A DNA stretch of 63,894 nt, filler included, from Perkinsus olseni (Eukaryota), in NCBI GenBank assembly GCA_013115125.1. It is 9 parts of 9 records of this genome, joined end to end, with 100 filler letters (N's around TTAATTAATTAA, not from the genome) between each part and the next. Parts side by side here need not be neighbours in the genome. Positions count along the whole stretch, not along the records: positions 42,852 to 49,838 come from JABANN010001054.1; positions 49,939 to 56,874 come from JABANN010001055.1; positions 56,975 to 63,894 come from JABANN010001056.1; 6 more parts are not named here. One strand, 5' to 3'. This document shows, one piece after another, positions 48,633-60,470 of the stretch (position 1 is its first letter; each line of letters opens with the position of its first letter). A program made the translations under genes and the position numbers. The notes under the pieces are model-generated. The model did no database searches, had not been told where the DNA came from, and worked only from the letters and a program-made list of their open reading frames with translations.

Positions 48633-49078
48633 GCCGGGTGGTATTAGTATACTTCATGATAGATATATTAACAACAACAAGAACAAGCACAGGACTACAG
48701 TAATAGAGACGGGGTAAAAGGGTTAAGGGGGGATGGCAAAAGCAACAGGTGGTGCAATAAATGGTGATGATGCATTGGATGATGTAATTAGCCTCGTCGT
48801 AGTCCGCTGTGCGTGGTTATAACCATATCATTCATATTACCTGAAGACGTCAAGTAAGGCTTCGAGTACGACGATGCTGGACGATGATGCTGCTATTATT
48901 GCAGCAGCAGCAGCAATGTGATGGTAGCCGTTGTACATGGTGATTGGTATGAAGAACCGGTAGTCTCGTATGTCGTGATGATGATGATGTTCATGTTGTT
49001 CATGAACACAACAGTACTATCATCATCATCACTACTACTATGATACCCTCGTTGTTGTTGTTGCTACTGGTCATACCA

Positions 49079-49740
49079 TCATTCAGCATAGCTATTACTA
49101 GCAGCAGCAGCCGTGGCAGTGGTGGTAGTGGTGGTTATATCATCATCAGTAGTGGGTACTGTTATGTACTTATTATTCTTCGTATTATTATTATTATCAA
49201 GATAATCCGCATTACTACTACTGCTACTCGATAGTGTTGTATGCTTATCATTACCCTTCCTTATTATCATCCCATTTGATTTTGGTGATACCATCATACC
49301 ACCACCGTCGCCATCATCATCATGTTGTATCACTTTATTATGATCAGTACTGCTATTACCTGTCAATGACCACTCCCTCAGTTGCAGCCCCTCCCCTCCC
49401 CTCTTCTAGTACTACCTCTGGGCGCCTTCCCTATTGTTGTACTACTATCTTCCAATGATAGCCCTTTGGTTTCTGGTAGTAGTCTTAGTAATACGATGAA
49501 TACCACTATACATGTGATAGAGTATATATAGAATGGTAGGGAGGGGGTTGGGCTCTCATACAACATCAATTCAAACGTCTGAAGAAGAAGAAGAAGAGGT
49601 GATGGAGTGGTACTACTACTACTGGTGGTGGTAGTCTACCTGTTGATAGAGTATCTCGAACACTGACGTGAAGGTTAATGCAACACTGTTGGCAACACCC
49701 CTAGTGTATGTAGGCATGTACCTGGCATCGATACCTGGTA
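49079..49740 (-). CDS. 3' exons of an MFS sugar-porter-family transporter; 5' part missing
   Basis: YMPTYTRGVANSV and hydrophobic helices, followed by the PETKGLSLE signature. Confidence 0.75.
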
Positions 49741-49769
49741 GTACTACAAGCGTCTTCTTCTTCTTCTTC

Positions 49770-49837
<68 letters not shown>

Positions 49838-49838
49838 G
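49770..49838. repeat. (TTG)n microsatellite at contig end; the same contig starts with (CTA)n at 42852-42920
   Basis: Pure trinucleotide runs. Confidence 0.95.
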
Positions 49839-49938
49839 NNNNNNNNNNNNNNNNNNNNNNNNNNNNNNNNNNNNNNNNNNNNTTAATTAATTAANNNNNN
49901 NNNNNNNNNNNNNNNNNNNNNNNNNNNNNNNNNNNNNN
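49839..49938. other. Artificial contig spacer 7
   Basis: 44 N + TTAATTAATTAA + 44 N. Confidence 0.97.
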
Positions 49939-50933
49939 CTCCTTGGTAGGGTTCTTGCTGAGTGTAGCCGCAAGATGGTGTGGGTCCGTCGTCAACGAGC
50001 GGCACCATTGCCTAGGGGAAGATTTTTCTCGACCGGCCAAGCCATGCAGCGTGAGTTGGCATCTCTACTGTGCGTTACTAGCGTCTTTGTCTCAGCATTA
50101 CTCGACGGCGAATCGCCTCCGAGGAGGAGAAAGACAATCGACTTCTCCACTGTATCAAATGATATGAGCTAGATATCACACTACCATTGCATGCACATTA
50201 GACACGTCCAGTCTGCAGTACTCCGCTTTGTGCTGTCAATCACTATTCTATGACCAACGACAAGCACTGTTCCTGATCTGGTTCATTTCTGAGCTGAAGC
50301 TCGACGGACTCGAATCAGGCTCGTGATGTGAGAGAATCACGCGTATGGATCCTTGCGTCCGCCGAGGTTCATGGTAGAAGATACTCTCGAAATGGACGGA
50401 CAGAAAACTCACCATTCAGAGGGCCACGCCGCTATGCCGGCGCTCCAGGTTATCACAATAGCGAGTGAAGACAGAGGGCCGAAACCGGGAGAACAAAAAT
50501 CTGCAGGGGAGCCTCTGCGAACCTGATGGAGCGCTCATACCAACTTTCTATGAACGGGCAAAAGTATTACTGAAAGGGCATCATGCGAGTAGTATATCAT
50601 CACTACCCATTGAGTCAACCCAGCCCCCAGAATCGAGAAACTGAAGCCCCGCCGCAAACATAGCCTCCTGATTCTCTTATTTGATGTCTCCTACTTTCGG
50701 CATTTGCGCCTAACTGCTGCTCTCATCTGCCTGCCTGATATGCTCCGGAAATAGCGGCCTTAATCGCCGACGGACTTCTGAACGGTACGGTGAAGCTGCT
50801 ATCCGTCTGGAAAGAGCTTCCAAGTGGTTGAATGTTCCACGCTAAACCGCCGAAAAATCTTGGAGATCGCTTTCAAATTTCTCGATCCTTCCCTACGCAG
50901 TCTGGTTTACTATAAAATAGTAGTGCTCGAACC

Positions 50934-51399
50934 ATGCCTGAAGGGAAGAACGTCGTCTCCGATATGGATGAGAACTCCGAGATGAGGACGGACGCGGTAG
51001 CAGCAAGCACTGCCCAGTCATTCTAGCGCTACGACTGCCGACAGGTGACGCAAGCCTCGATTGCCATACAGAAGTACGAGACTGAGAGCGAGATGGCGAA
51101 GCACATCAAAGCGTTCTTCGACGGCAAGTACGATCCAAACTGGATGTGCGTGGTTGGTGAGTCCGAGAGGGAGCTGCTACTACGAAGGGTCTCTTGTGAC
51201 AGGTAAAGACTTCGCTAGCTTCGGCACGTACGAGACCAAGACCTACCTATTTTTTTACGTCGGGCAGATTGCTGTAGGCATTCCGGGACTGTCTACTTCG
51301 CAGGTTACCACTGATCTTGTTCGTTTCGTTAACCCTCTTTGTTTTCCTGACTTAACAGAAGCCGTTCTCTTGTAGGTACTCCTCTATAGGATGTTCTAG
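50934..51399 (+). CDS. Dynein light chain LC8-family protein, 4 exons
   Basis: Spliced product MPEGKNVVSDMDENSEMRTDA-VTQASIAIQKYETESEMAKHIKAFFDGKYDPNWMCVVG-KDFASFGTYETKTYLFFYVGQIA-VLLYRMF*. Confidence 0.92.
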
Positions 51400-52393
51400 C
51401 AGCCCATACCGCATGATTGTGACGCATCTGGTACGTTCGCTGATAATGATGACGGTAGAGAGTTGTGTTAGTAGAGCTGCAATGGCAATCAGCTCGCCAC
51501 CACAATCCGAGGGCTTCCGTACGGTCCTCATGGCACCCTTGTCTGCATAGCCACCAATGGTGATGACTCGTGTCATGATCGACTGCCTTGGAGACGTTGC
51601 AAATGGTCGAGCGACGAAACCGGAACGGGAGGTGTTTGTTTTCACGACGAAACTTTCGTCGTCGTTGCAACCCTTCGGCATTGACTCCAGCACAATCTAG
51701 GCTGCGCATTCTTAATGTGTGCCATTTCCTTTGCTTTGTTTTATCCGCGGATTTTAGCTACGGCGCCACTGCGCTGGCTTGCTTTCTAGAGGAACTCACG
51801 CATGTTCCATGGGGTGCGGCTGACGACAACCTTCCAGTGGGAGACTCGATCCCCTAGTCAGTGTGACCGATGGCCTCTCCCCGTGAGGGGGCAGAAAGAG
51901 AGTTCGTCCTGGCGTGACTGTATCGAGTCTGTCTTATCGGCAGATCAAGCTTCAAGGTGGTAGCCGCCATGTCAATCTGGCTCAGACGACGTTACCCGTT
52001 GTTCGCCTGTCCACCTCCATTCACTAGGAACACCATTTTCCGTGATTATCTCGATGATACTTGATCTTTGTGGATCACAGAACTTTCGAAAAGCGTCAAG
52101 AAAAATTGATACTCGACGGTGGCGATATATAGTTGCTGTACCGCAGCGGCCTCAGCGAGTGAAAACATAGATGCTCATCTCTGTGTTGATTGTAGCAGCG
52201 CCCTCCCCTAAACCTAAAAAGATCGCAAATCTACCCTTGAAAAAAACCATTGATCAGCATACCTCAGGGACTGTCTTTCAACCCTTCGACGTCGGGTAAA
52301 ATGTATGGAAGGGTTACCTTCCCTTATTGCGAACAGCTTCCAGCTGGTAACCAGTTAGTCTCCCCTTCAAGCTAGGTCTTTCTTTCCAGGCCA

Positions 52394-52801
52394 TCAGAAC
52401 CACCTTGGTGTTGTCAACAACATCTTTTTCAGCGTTTGGTCGATACTGTAACGGTGGAAGCTATACGCGTAGGGAAGTGGTACCTCCTCGACAGAGTAGA
52501 GGTCTAGGGTAGAGCCATAGTCATCATCGGTCATAGTGTAAAAAGCTGAAAAGTAACCCCACTTGATGATCTTGTTGTTGAACATGACGAACGTTACTTT
52601 ACACACGCCCAGAGGAGTCACGCTGAAGTTCACAGCTTTTACTGGTGGATCGAATTCGGGAGCATCGGATACCCCTAGGGAACCGAATTCCTTGACCTTG
52701 GCGTAGTAACCATACAGGCATCCCGGGCATGTATCAGATGCATACGAGGGTATGATACAGAGAACCACGGCGATGAGGCCCACAGGAAAAGCGATAGTCA
52801 T
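52394..52801 (-). CDS. Putative secreted hypothetical protein; may continue in downstream exons
   Basis: Signal-peptide-like start (MTIAFPVGLIAVVLCIIPSYA) and a 135-aa ORF. Confidence 0.55.
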   Translation of the reverse strand: MTIAFPVGLIAVVLCIIPSYASDTCPGCLYGYYAKVKEFGSLGVSDAPEFDPPVKAVNFSVTPLGVCKVTFVMFNNKIIKWGYFSAFYTMTDDDYGSTLDLYSVEEVPLPYAYSFHRYSIDQTLKKMLLTTPRWF

Positions 52802-53778
52802 CTAGACGAGAGTGAGCTGAGATTGAGTCCGTGAAATACGACTGTGCAAATCTGAAAGATTTCGAGAGCACCGCAACTGTATAGGTCCGAGAGATCAACT
52901 TTCGCAGCGGGGCACTTATGCAGACTGCTGCGCGGAATGCGAACCTCAGAAGCACTTCTGTAGTCATTCGAAAATGAGCTGATCACTATGGCAAGCTATT
53001 ACCTGATGACGAGTTTCTTATCTCGTAGTTCTAGTCCACGCTTCCTGTTCCATTAGGATATGTGTCCGCGTGCTAGTGCGGCTAGCTGAGTTCGCGTTCT
53101 TCGTCTGAGAGCGGTTAAATAGCAACCACACAGCTCGCCGCAATTCAATAGCGGAGGGTGACCTCAGCATTGTGAAGAGCCCGGTGGCTAAGGCACCAGA
53201 GGTGAAGGGCGATATACGCCGCGATCTGCACTGTGCAAGTACCGAGAGGTCACTGTTAGGCACGCGTCTTCGAGGGCCGCCACGGCGGAGGCTAGCGCTG
53301 TCTCTCACTCACTGGTGTCGCTTACCGGTTTACAGTTGAAACATGTATGAGACCTGCGTGTAGTGATAGCTGCTTATCTGACTTTCTCCTCCGAATTTTG
53401 GTGCGCTTGATTTTGGGTGGTGCGGCACCAGTAGCATCACATTATGTAAAGGAATACGATCTGTCATGGTGTGGGTGGCGCGTGTGACACCTCTGGTGAC
53501 GGCGTGACCGTGAACGTAGTCGCTCCTTGTCTATCCTGTCCCTACCGTGTCTTCATAACAACGGAAGCTGTGCCCTCCAGCGATCGTCTCGGACCATTTT
53601 CGACGAAGAGTCCAGCGGACTTCTCCACCGTATCGAATGATATCAGATAGACATTATGCTACTATTGCGTGCTCATTGGATGCGCCTTTCGCCAATGGGC
53701 GTGACATGTTGAGTCGATCGCTCTGTTTTCAACAATCAGTATTCTTCTACGCACCTAGCGCCGCAGCCACCGATAGCA

Positions 53779-56700
53779 ATGCCTCACGCTAAGGGACGGA
53801 AGGGAAGACGCCGATCGGCATCCTTGAAGGGGGTGCGAATGGTCAAGCATCTAGGACGGAAAAACCGGAGAGTTTCGGAGACGGCGAGGCGTAGCTCCGA
53901 TACTGCTCTTGAAGAGCGTAACGCAGTGGTCGATGCAAGAGAGACGCCTGTTGAGGAAAGCGAGAAACCGTCGAGAGTCGCTGAGAGACGACGAAGTGAG
54001 AACATCTTCCCGTGACGCCAGGCCGGTGTTGACCTCGTTTCACCGATCGGGCACCGAAGGGTGTTAGTACTACCTCGAACGATAGGTGAACCGCCAGGAG
54101 GTATCCATGATGTCGAGGCACATGCACCTCCAACCTGTCTGCCAGAGTGGCCCGAGCATCTGAAGCCTTTGCCATTGTCAGAGTCCTTCAATCGCCACGA
54201 GTGCTAGCTATCGTCCGTTCAGGTATCCTAGCAGGAAATTCGAATTGGAGACACCGTATTGTGGGCTGGGCACTGACATACTCAGCGGGCTGACCGACCC
54301 GGCAACGGCCATCGTGGCACTTGACCTCCCGACCAGGAACAACGATTCTGGTAAGTCTACAAGCGTGAGAGAACGACAGGCAACTACAGACCTGCCATAG
54401 CTAGTGATTCGTCGCTTCCGATCATAATCAGAGCCATGCGGAGGGTACGTGGAGTCCCTCGCAAGTCGTGCTCGTCTACCTAAGCCAACCGAGCCCCCAG
54501 AGCACACTTTGCGTTCCTCTCGGTGCGTTGTAGCACTGTAACCCAGGCTTGGGTCCCAGGTCTTAGGCGCCTGTGAATTCATTGGGCCCTGCCTCACATC
54601 ACGCAGCGCAGGCCCCCTGTTAGGGGGCCTGCGCTCGTTGTTATTTGTTATGGGAATACTGAGCCTCCCCAGGCCTGGAGTATCCCTCGGGGATCAGCCC
54701 CCAGAACCCACAAGCACCCCTACCGCCCTTGACAACGGCCCAGCTTGCCGATCCTCGTGCCAACTGTGTGATACAGGACAGAGACCTCCTCCGTGGCACC
54801 TGCGTAGTCATCATTGGCCAAGGGTTCTCGATGGGAGCCGACCTCCTCGTAGGCCTACAACAGACAGCGGGGTCCAATCGATCTGCAGCATTTAGTCGAT
54901 CAAGCTCTCAACGACAGAGATGTCGTCATTGCCGGCAGGTTCGGCACAGGGAGACTCCGAAGAGGTGCTTTCACCCGAGGCCCGATGTAGGCTCGTGGTG
55001 GTCGGAGGCGTTTGGATGGGAGACCGTCGGATAACACTACGACTATAGGAAATAATCCTCAGTGAGCCGAATATGTTTAAACCGAAGCTCAGACTATGGT
55101 GCGCCACCCTCTCGTTGAGAAACTTTCATCTATGCTTGAGCCAAGCCACGTCTCCTGTCGAAAAGAGCCTCTTCGGCCAGTTCACCATCACTATTCGATA
55201 GACTGTCGGCTCGGGACAGGTACACTCCGACGGGCCCAGAGGACACCACCCTCGTTTTCGAGAGTCGCTTTGAGTCTGGGAATCTCCAGACAGCAGTAAA
55301 AGTTGGCGAGATGGAGTTGAGAACCGCACACGTCGCGCGCGGAAGATACGCTGAGTTCAGATACGACCTCGTCCTGTGCCCGGACACCGGCACCTACGGC
55401 AACACTCAGTGGTTCTTCTTCAGTATCAGCAATATTACCAAGCGCAAGAACGTTAAGCTGAACTTGGTGACGACCCCCTCGGCAGCTTCCTGCGACCGCT
55501 GTTCTCAGGTGACGATGGGGAAGCCCTCGTCGCTGTTCCAGAAGGGCATGCAGCCCGTGGTGTGGTCAACGCGGGAGTGACCGATCAATTTAACGGCCAC
55601 GTTTGAGGATCTCGGCTTAGGTTTCATGAAGGAGACGGTATGGGTTGGAGTAGAGGGGCAGGTATCAGCAGTCTTCAGTATGGCAAGACGAACACCGATA
55701 GACATCTCCTTACCAGGTGAGGCTCCCATACGGTGTCGCAGTTGGTGGTATGACGCATTTTAGTGTGGCTGCCGGTGTGAAAATGGGAGAGGTATGCGAT
55801 GGCGTTGCTGCTGTTGAGGTGCCTCGTAAGTGCTGCCATTGTGTCGTTTTCGATGCAAAACCTCAGTGATCTTTCCCTTATTGAAGTTTCCAACTCGCCG
55901 TGTGTCGCACTAATTCCACACTGGCCCTATAGATGTCGAAGAGCCAGGAGTCAGCCCTCGTCGCGAACTGCTTTTGTGGGACGAGAGAATTCGCCACGGT
56001 GTGGGAGGCCACCTGTTGACTCCAAGCAGTGCTTGGCAAGCACATCGAGAGGATCGTGTTCATCCCGACGAGCGCAACTCTTTAGGTCAGGCAGCGTCCT
56101 TCGCAGAGGCTAGCGTGTTGACCTTCGAGTACACTCCTCAATGGGAGGATGATACCGTGTACTTCGCCTACACCTTCCCGTACACGTTAACAAGGCTGCA
56201 GGGCTTCATTAGGGAAATGGAGAGCAGCCGAGGAGGTCGGAGGTGATCCGCATCCTCCTCGCGAAGGTTGGCCATCATGCCCGTCAGATACCTCACGCGG
56301 TACCCTCTCTGCCGCTCCCTGGCTGGTAACAGACTCGACGTTCTCACGATCACCAGTTCGGGGGAAGAGGATGACCCAACCGCCATGGCCGACGAAACAG
56401 AAGAAGACACCTCGCAGTTTCGGCATGGATGCCGGAAGAAGTACATCGCCATCACGGCACGAGTGAGCAACATCCATCCGTACAGTCCAGCGCGCAAAGC
56501 CCCGTGTGCCAGCGCAAAGAAATTGATTCCGTCGAATCAGCCTTCGAGGATACACTCACAAGTTGTGAGTTCATTCTCAAAGGGTTGTGAGTCACAATTC
56601 TTAGCGTCGACTCGACGCCGTCGAGATGTTACCAAAGCCCCACCAGGTCCATCCCGGCGAGTCGGTCTCCTCTTTCGCATGCGAGGGGCTAATAAGGGAG

Positions 56701-56874
56701 CTCCTGTCCGAGTCCCCTCTAGCGAAGAAGCTCAGAGCCAAATACGTGTTCAAAATTGTAACCAACTCACAGGCCGGTCGAGCGTGTTCTAAACCTTCGG
56801 CCAGGTGCCCATGCTGAATCCTGATGGAGTTGTTCTCGGGAACTATCGTACCAACTTGAGTGGTCGGGACCTCA
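53779..56874 (+). CDS. Cytosolic carboxypeptidase (M14, CCP/AGBL tubulin deglutamylase type), multi-exon; 5' start tentative, 3' truncated
   Basis: FESRFESGNL, QWFFFS, YFAYTFPYT, LCRSLAGN, ITAR-VHPGES and VPMLNPDGVVLGNYR...GRDL. Confidence 0.9.
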
Positions 56875-56974
56875 NNNNNNNNNNNNNNNNNNNNNNNNNN
56901 NNNNNNNNNNNNNNNNNNTTAATTAATTAANNNNNNNNNNNNNNNNNNNNNNNNNNNNNNNNNNNNNNNNNNNN
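56875..56974. other. Artificial contig spacer 8
   Basis: 44 N + TTAATTAATTAA + 44 N. Confidence 0.97.
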
Positions 56975-57838
56975 GTATTCGACCCCTAGTCCCGAAGCAC
57001 GAAGAGTGAGGGAGCGTTCACGGCCTAAAAGGAAGTGAGCGCCCTAAAGCCAGAAATGCTGCGTGCAAGTGGTCTTAACACTATAAGAATCGCATGCCGC
57101 ACATTGTGACGCGTACTCCCAGCACAATCGTCTGTCTCCTATGCGGAAGTCCGACTAGGATTTAGCTATAGAGATGAACACTCCATTCCATCAAAACCAC
57201 TCCCCTTTTATCTCTTTTATCCCATTTCCTCGGGAATCCTTATCCCTTGTGTTGGTCACTCCAAATTATCTTGGCTCTCGCTCATGAATACGTCTTTTAT
57301 GGTAGAATTTAAGAGATGGCGGAAAGCGATTTTTCGCATCCGTCGCCAGCTCTGTAGTCTCCTTGTGTTCCCCCGTGAATCGCAGCTTCGTAAATCTTGT
57401 TTATTACTCTATTTCTGAACAGGCGTGTAAAGGAGTATTAACACGCTTCAGAGTTTGAGGTTCCTGAATCAGGAATCCTGATCGCGGAGTCTCGATCTGC
57501 TGCAGATATCACCGCTGTAGCACTCCCTGCGTGACGGTCTTTGGGAAAATTCTGTGTTGAATCCGAAAATCAGAAACGCATCTCACGTGTGAAAGTTAAC
57601 TCTAGCATCTACTAAGTTGACTGACATGGGGGATCGCCGAACGCACAGTATATGGAATTTCCTCTCCTTTCTTCTGCGTCGATTGAGGCGTAATCTGCGC
57701 CGCGCAGATAATGGTCGGTCGCATAGGGCTGTGTCGCGTCCGAGATTAACAAAGGGAAGAGAGCGCAGCCGCAGGATCTATTCTATTCATATCATTGCGG
57801 GGCATAGCGTGCCGAAAACTCAGGTTGAGATCGCCCGT

Positions 57839-57946
57839 ATATCAGTTTGTAGGCATGAAACGGTCACGGTTTTTGTATCAGTTTGTAGGCATGAAACGGT
57901 CACGGTTCTTGTATCAGTTTGTAGGCATGAAACGGTCACAGTTTTT
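57839..57946. repeat. 36-bp minisatellite, 3 copies
   Basis: Unit atcagtttgtaggcatgaaacggtcacggtt(t/c)ttgt. Confidence 0.92.
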
Positions 57947-58202
57947 GGAGAGTGTATTCATATGGTCGTAACGAATAGTGCGTTAATAAATCAGGTTCAA
58001 ACTCTCAGAAGTTGAGGTGAAGTTAAGTTTTTACACTTTATTCCAAATTATTTTGGAGCACTGTGCTTGCCCCACAGTGTCCAAGGACGGGAGGTGTGTG
58101 GCTAGCGGCATCTCACCAGTGGTAGATGAGGCGATCTAGCGTAGCGGACGGCGAGTCGCTCCGTCTTGTCAGTCCGTCATTTTTGTCTAAATGAGCCTTG
58201 GC

Positions 58203-59068
58203 ATGAAACATTCTATCATTCTATATTGCCTTCTGGTGTCAATCCATCTTGCCGCCGCGAATTGTGGGCATCACGATGATGAGGAGTGGGAGGAGAACGT
58301 TTATCTCGAAAGCGTTAAACCGCTGGCGGAAGACACACCACCTTACCGAGTGTTGCATTAGAAGCAGCCAAGTGCCCCTTTACAAGAGATGGTTCGTACC
58401 GCTTGCTACCACAGGCATTCCGATGTGATGAGGCGTGCTCGGTTATATCCCCATTTTTCCATCTCCATTATCAACAACAACCTTTTCCCCGCGCGCTTCA
58501 CAGAAGGCGTCCCTGGTGTATGGGCCGATCTGGGACGTCCGTGTTGGATACACCGTGGCCCCTATCCGGGTTCGAGCGAATTGGAGAAGTTACTGTCACT
58601 GAGTTTGTACATCTACGATTTATTACCGAAACCTCGAGTGTTGTGTTCCCAGTCGCTGGGCCCTGAGCGAGCTGTTTACGAGTGCTACGACCGCGTCGAA
58701 GTTCGTCGTGAGAGATCGGACGCTTGCCATGTCTTATCGTGCATGCATGCTGGGGTCGATTCTTCCAATCGGCCTTCTCCTCCTCCTCCTCCTCGAAGGC
58801 TTGCCGGTATTTTCGATGCGAAAACAAGATCAACATGACAAGAATATTACGCAGCTGAAGAGTCTCATAAATTTTGAGCGTCTTTTCAAGGCCCGTTCCC
58901 TTATTCGGAACCGCCTGCCTCTCGGCGCGGACAGTCGGTCGGGAGTGTGGGAGAGGACCAAGCACTGTGATCCCGAGGCCCGAACCCTTTCAGGGTCTTT
59001 CTTTGGGCATCGAGCCCCAGTGTATGCTTGGTCACACTAACCATGCCACCAGGTACGATCCACGGTAA
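58203..59068 (+). pseudogene. Possible decayed secreted-protein gene
   Basis: Signal-peptide-like start (MKHSIILYCLLVSIHLAAA), an in-frame TAG at 58359-58361 and downstream protein-like segments in shifting frames. Confidence 0.35.
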
Positions 59069-60411
59069 CTTGGCATGCGTTAGCGTCTCCCAACCAGACC
59101 AACCAGACTTGTCACGCTCTATGGTTATGGAAGCCCTAGTACGCCGGTACAGTGCGGTAGGGGTACCGGAACACTCTCATTCTTCCATCATTCGTGCACT
59201 TGCTTGAACTTGGCAAGTTCAACTTGCTCTCTTGCGAGACCTTCACTGAAAAGGGAAAATGCCAAAAACTTCGAAGCCTTGTGAAGAGGAAAATGCCAAA
59301 ATTTCCGAAGATTTGTGAAGAGGAAAAACGCAAAAGTGGGAATAACCCAAATATCGGAAATTTCCTTCGCTTGTACCGGGTTTTCTTTGTAACCCGATTG
59401 AAGTGCCTCCTCAACGAGAGTTGATTTATTACTGAGGAACTTGGCAAGACATCCACATGAGAAGTCTGTCGGTGAATTTGCCGTGGGCAGCAGGGCTCAC
59501 TAGCGGTTATGGTGAACTGAATTCGCTCGGCCGGTTCAGACACCACAAGGGGGAGCCCGAGAGAAGGAAAAGTCAATATGGCTTACCAGCATGGTCTGCG
59601 TTGGACGCGGATGATATTGGCAGACTTATAAAGATTCGATAGCAAAAACTGTGCGTGTTCGCGAGTTTTATGGGAAGGAATCTCGGTGGTGGGATGTACA
59701 ATACCGAGAGGGAAAACCCATATTTCCAAAGAATGTAGCCATTTTCTAAAGAACGTTCGCGCTCGCCCGGGAGAGGATGGGGACTACGCTTTAGACTCTC
59801 GGGTAACCTATGACCTATAACCCTAGGCCTTCGGGTTTGAGGTGATGGTCGGCCGAAGGGCGACCTGAGTCGGGTTTCGGGTTGACGGGGGTTACGGTCA
59901 GTACTGCACTAGGTCTTTTTTCCTTTAGTTTTTCTCCTTCTTTAGGTTTTCGCCCTCTCGCTTAGATTTTCGCCCTCTCGCTCAGATTTTCACCGTCTAC
60001 CATACCGAGACAGCTACGTGATCGTGCGTTGCGTGCTACCCGTGCATCTATACTATAATAACACGGCTGTCATCGTTTGAGTTATCCGGTATAAAAACCC
60101 CTCCGTTTGGAATTTCTCAACTCTGTTTTCTGTCAAGTATGTCGTCTATACGTGTCTACTCACAGAGCCTATACCCTGCTATGTACTTCTCCTGTACCAC
60201 TAGGTATACGAGTAAGAGGCGAGCGAGAAGTGTACGAAGATATGGGGTAAAACGTCCATGTAAAAATTTCCGAGATATTTGATCGCAATCACCAAATACG
60301 CGTGCAAAATTTCAATCGTTTGGAAGATTGATCATATCAAGTCTTCCATAAAACCAATCAGATTCTGGTTACTCATGATTATTACTTGTTCACAGCAAGT
60401 TCTACGTGTAC

Positions 60412-60470
60412 CAATGATATTTAGTGCGTCGTCATGGTACAGTACCATGACGACGCACTAAATATCATTG
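60412..60470. repeat. Perfect palindrome, 29-bp arms, 1-nt centre
   Basis: caatgatatttagtgcgtcgtcatggtac-a-gtaccatgacgacgcactaaatatcattg. Confidence 0.95.

Noticed and set aside
42852..56874. A single cilia gene cluster (CCDC40, SAS6L, LC8, CCP)
   Set aside because: The genes lie on two contigs separated by an artificial spacer, so linkage is not shown.
7161..56930. TTAATTAATTAA recurring every 7.1 kb as a biological periodic element
   Set aside because: It is always flanked by exactly 44 N on each side, so it is an assembly linker.
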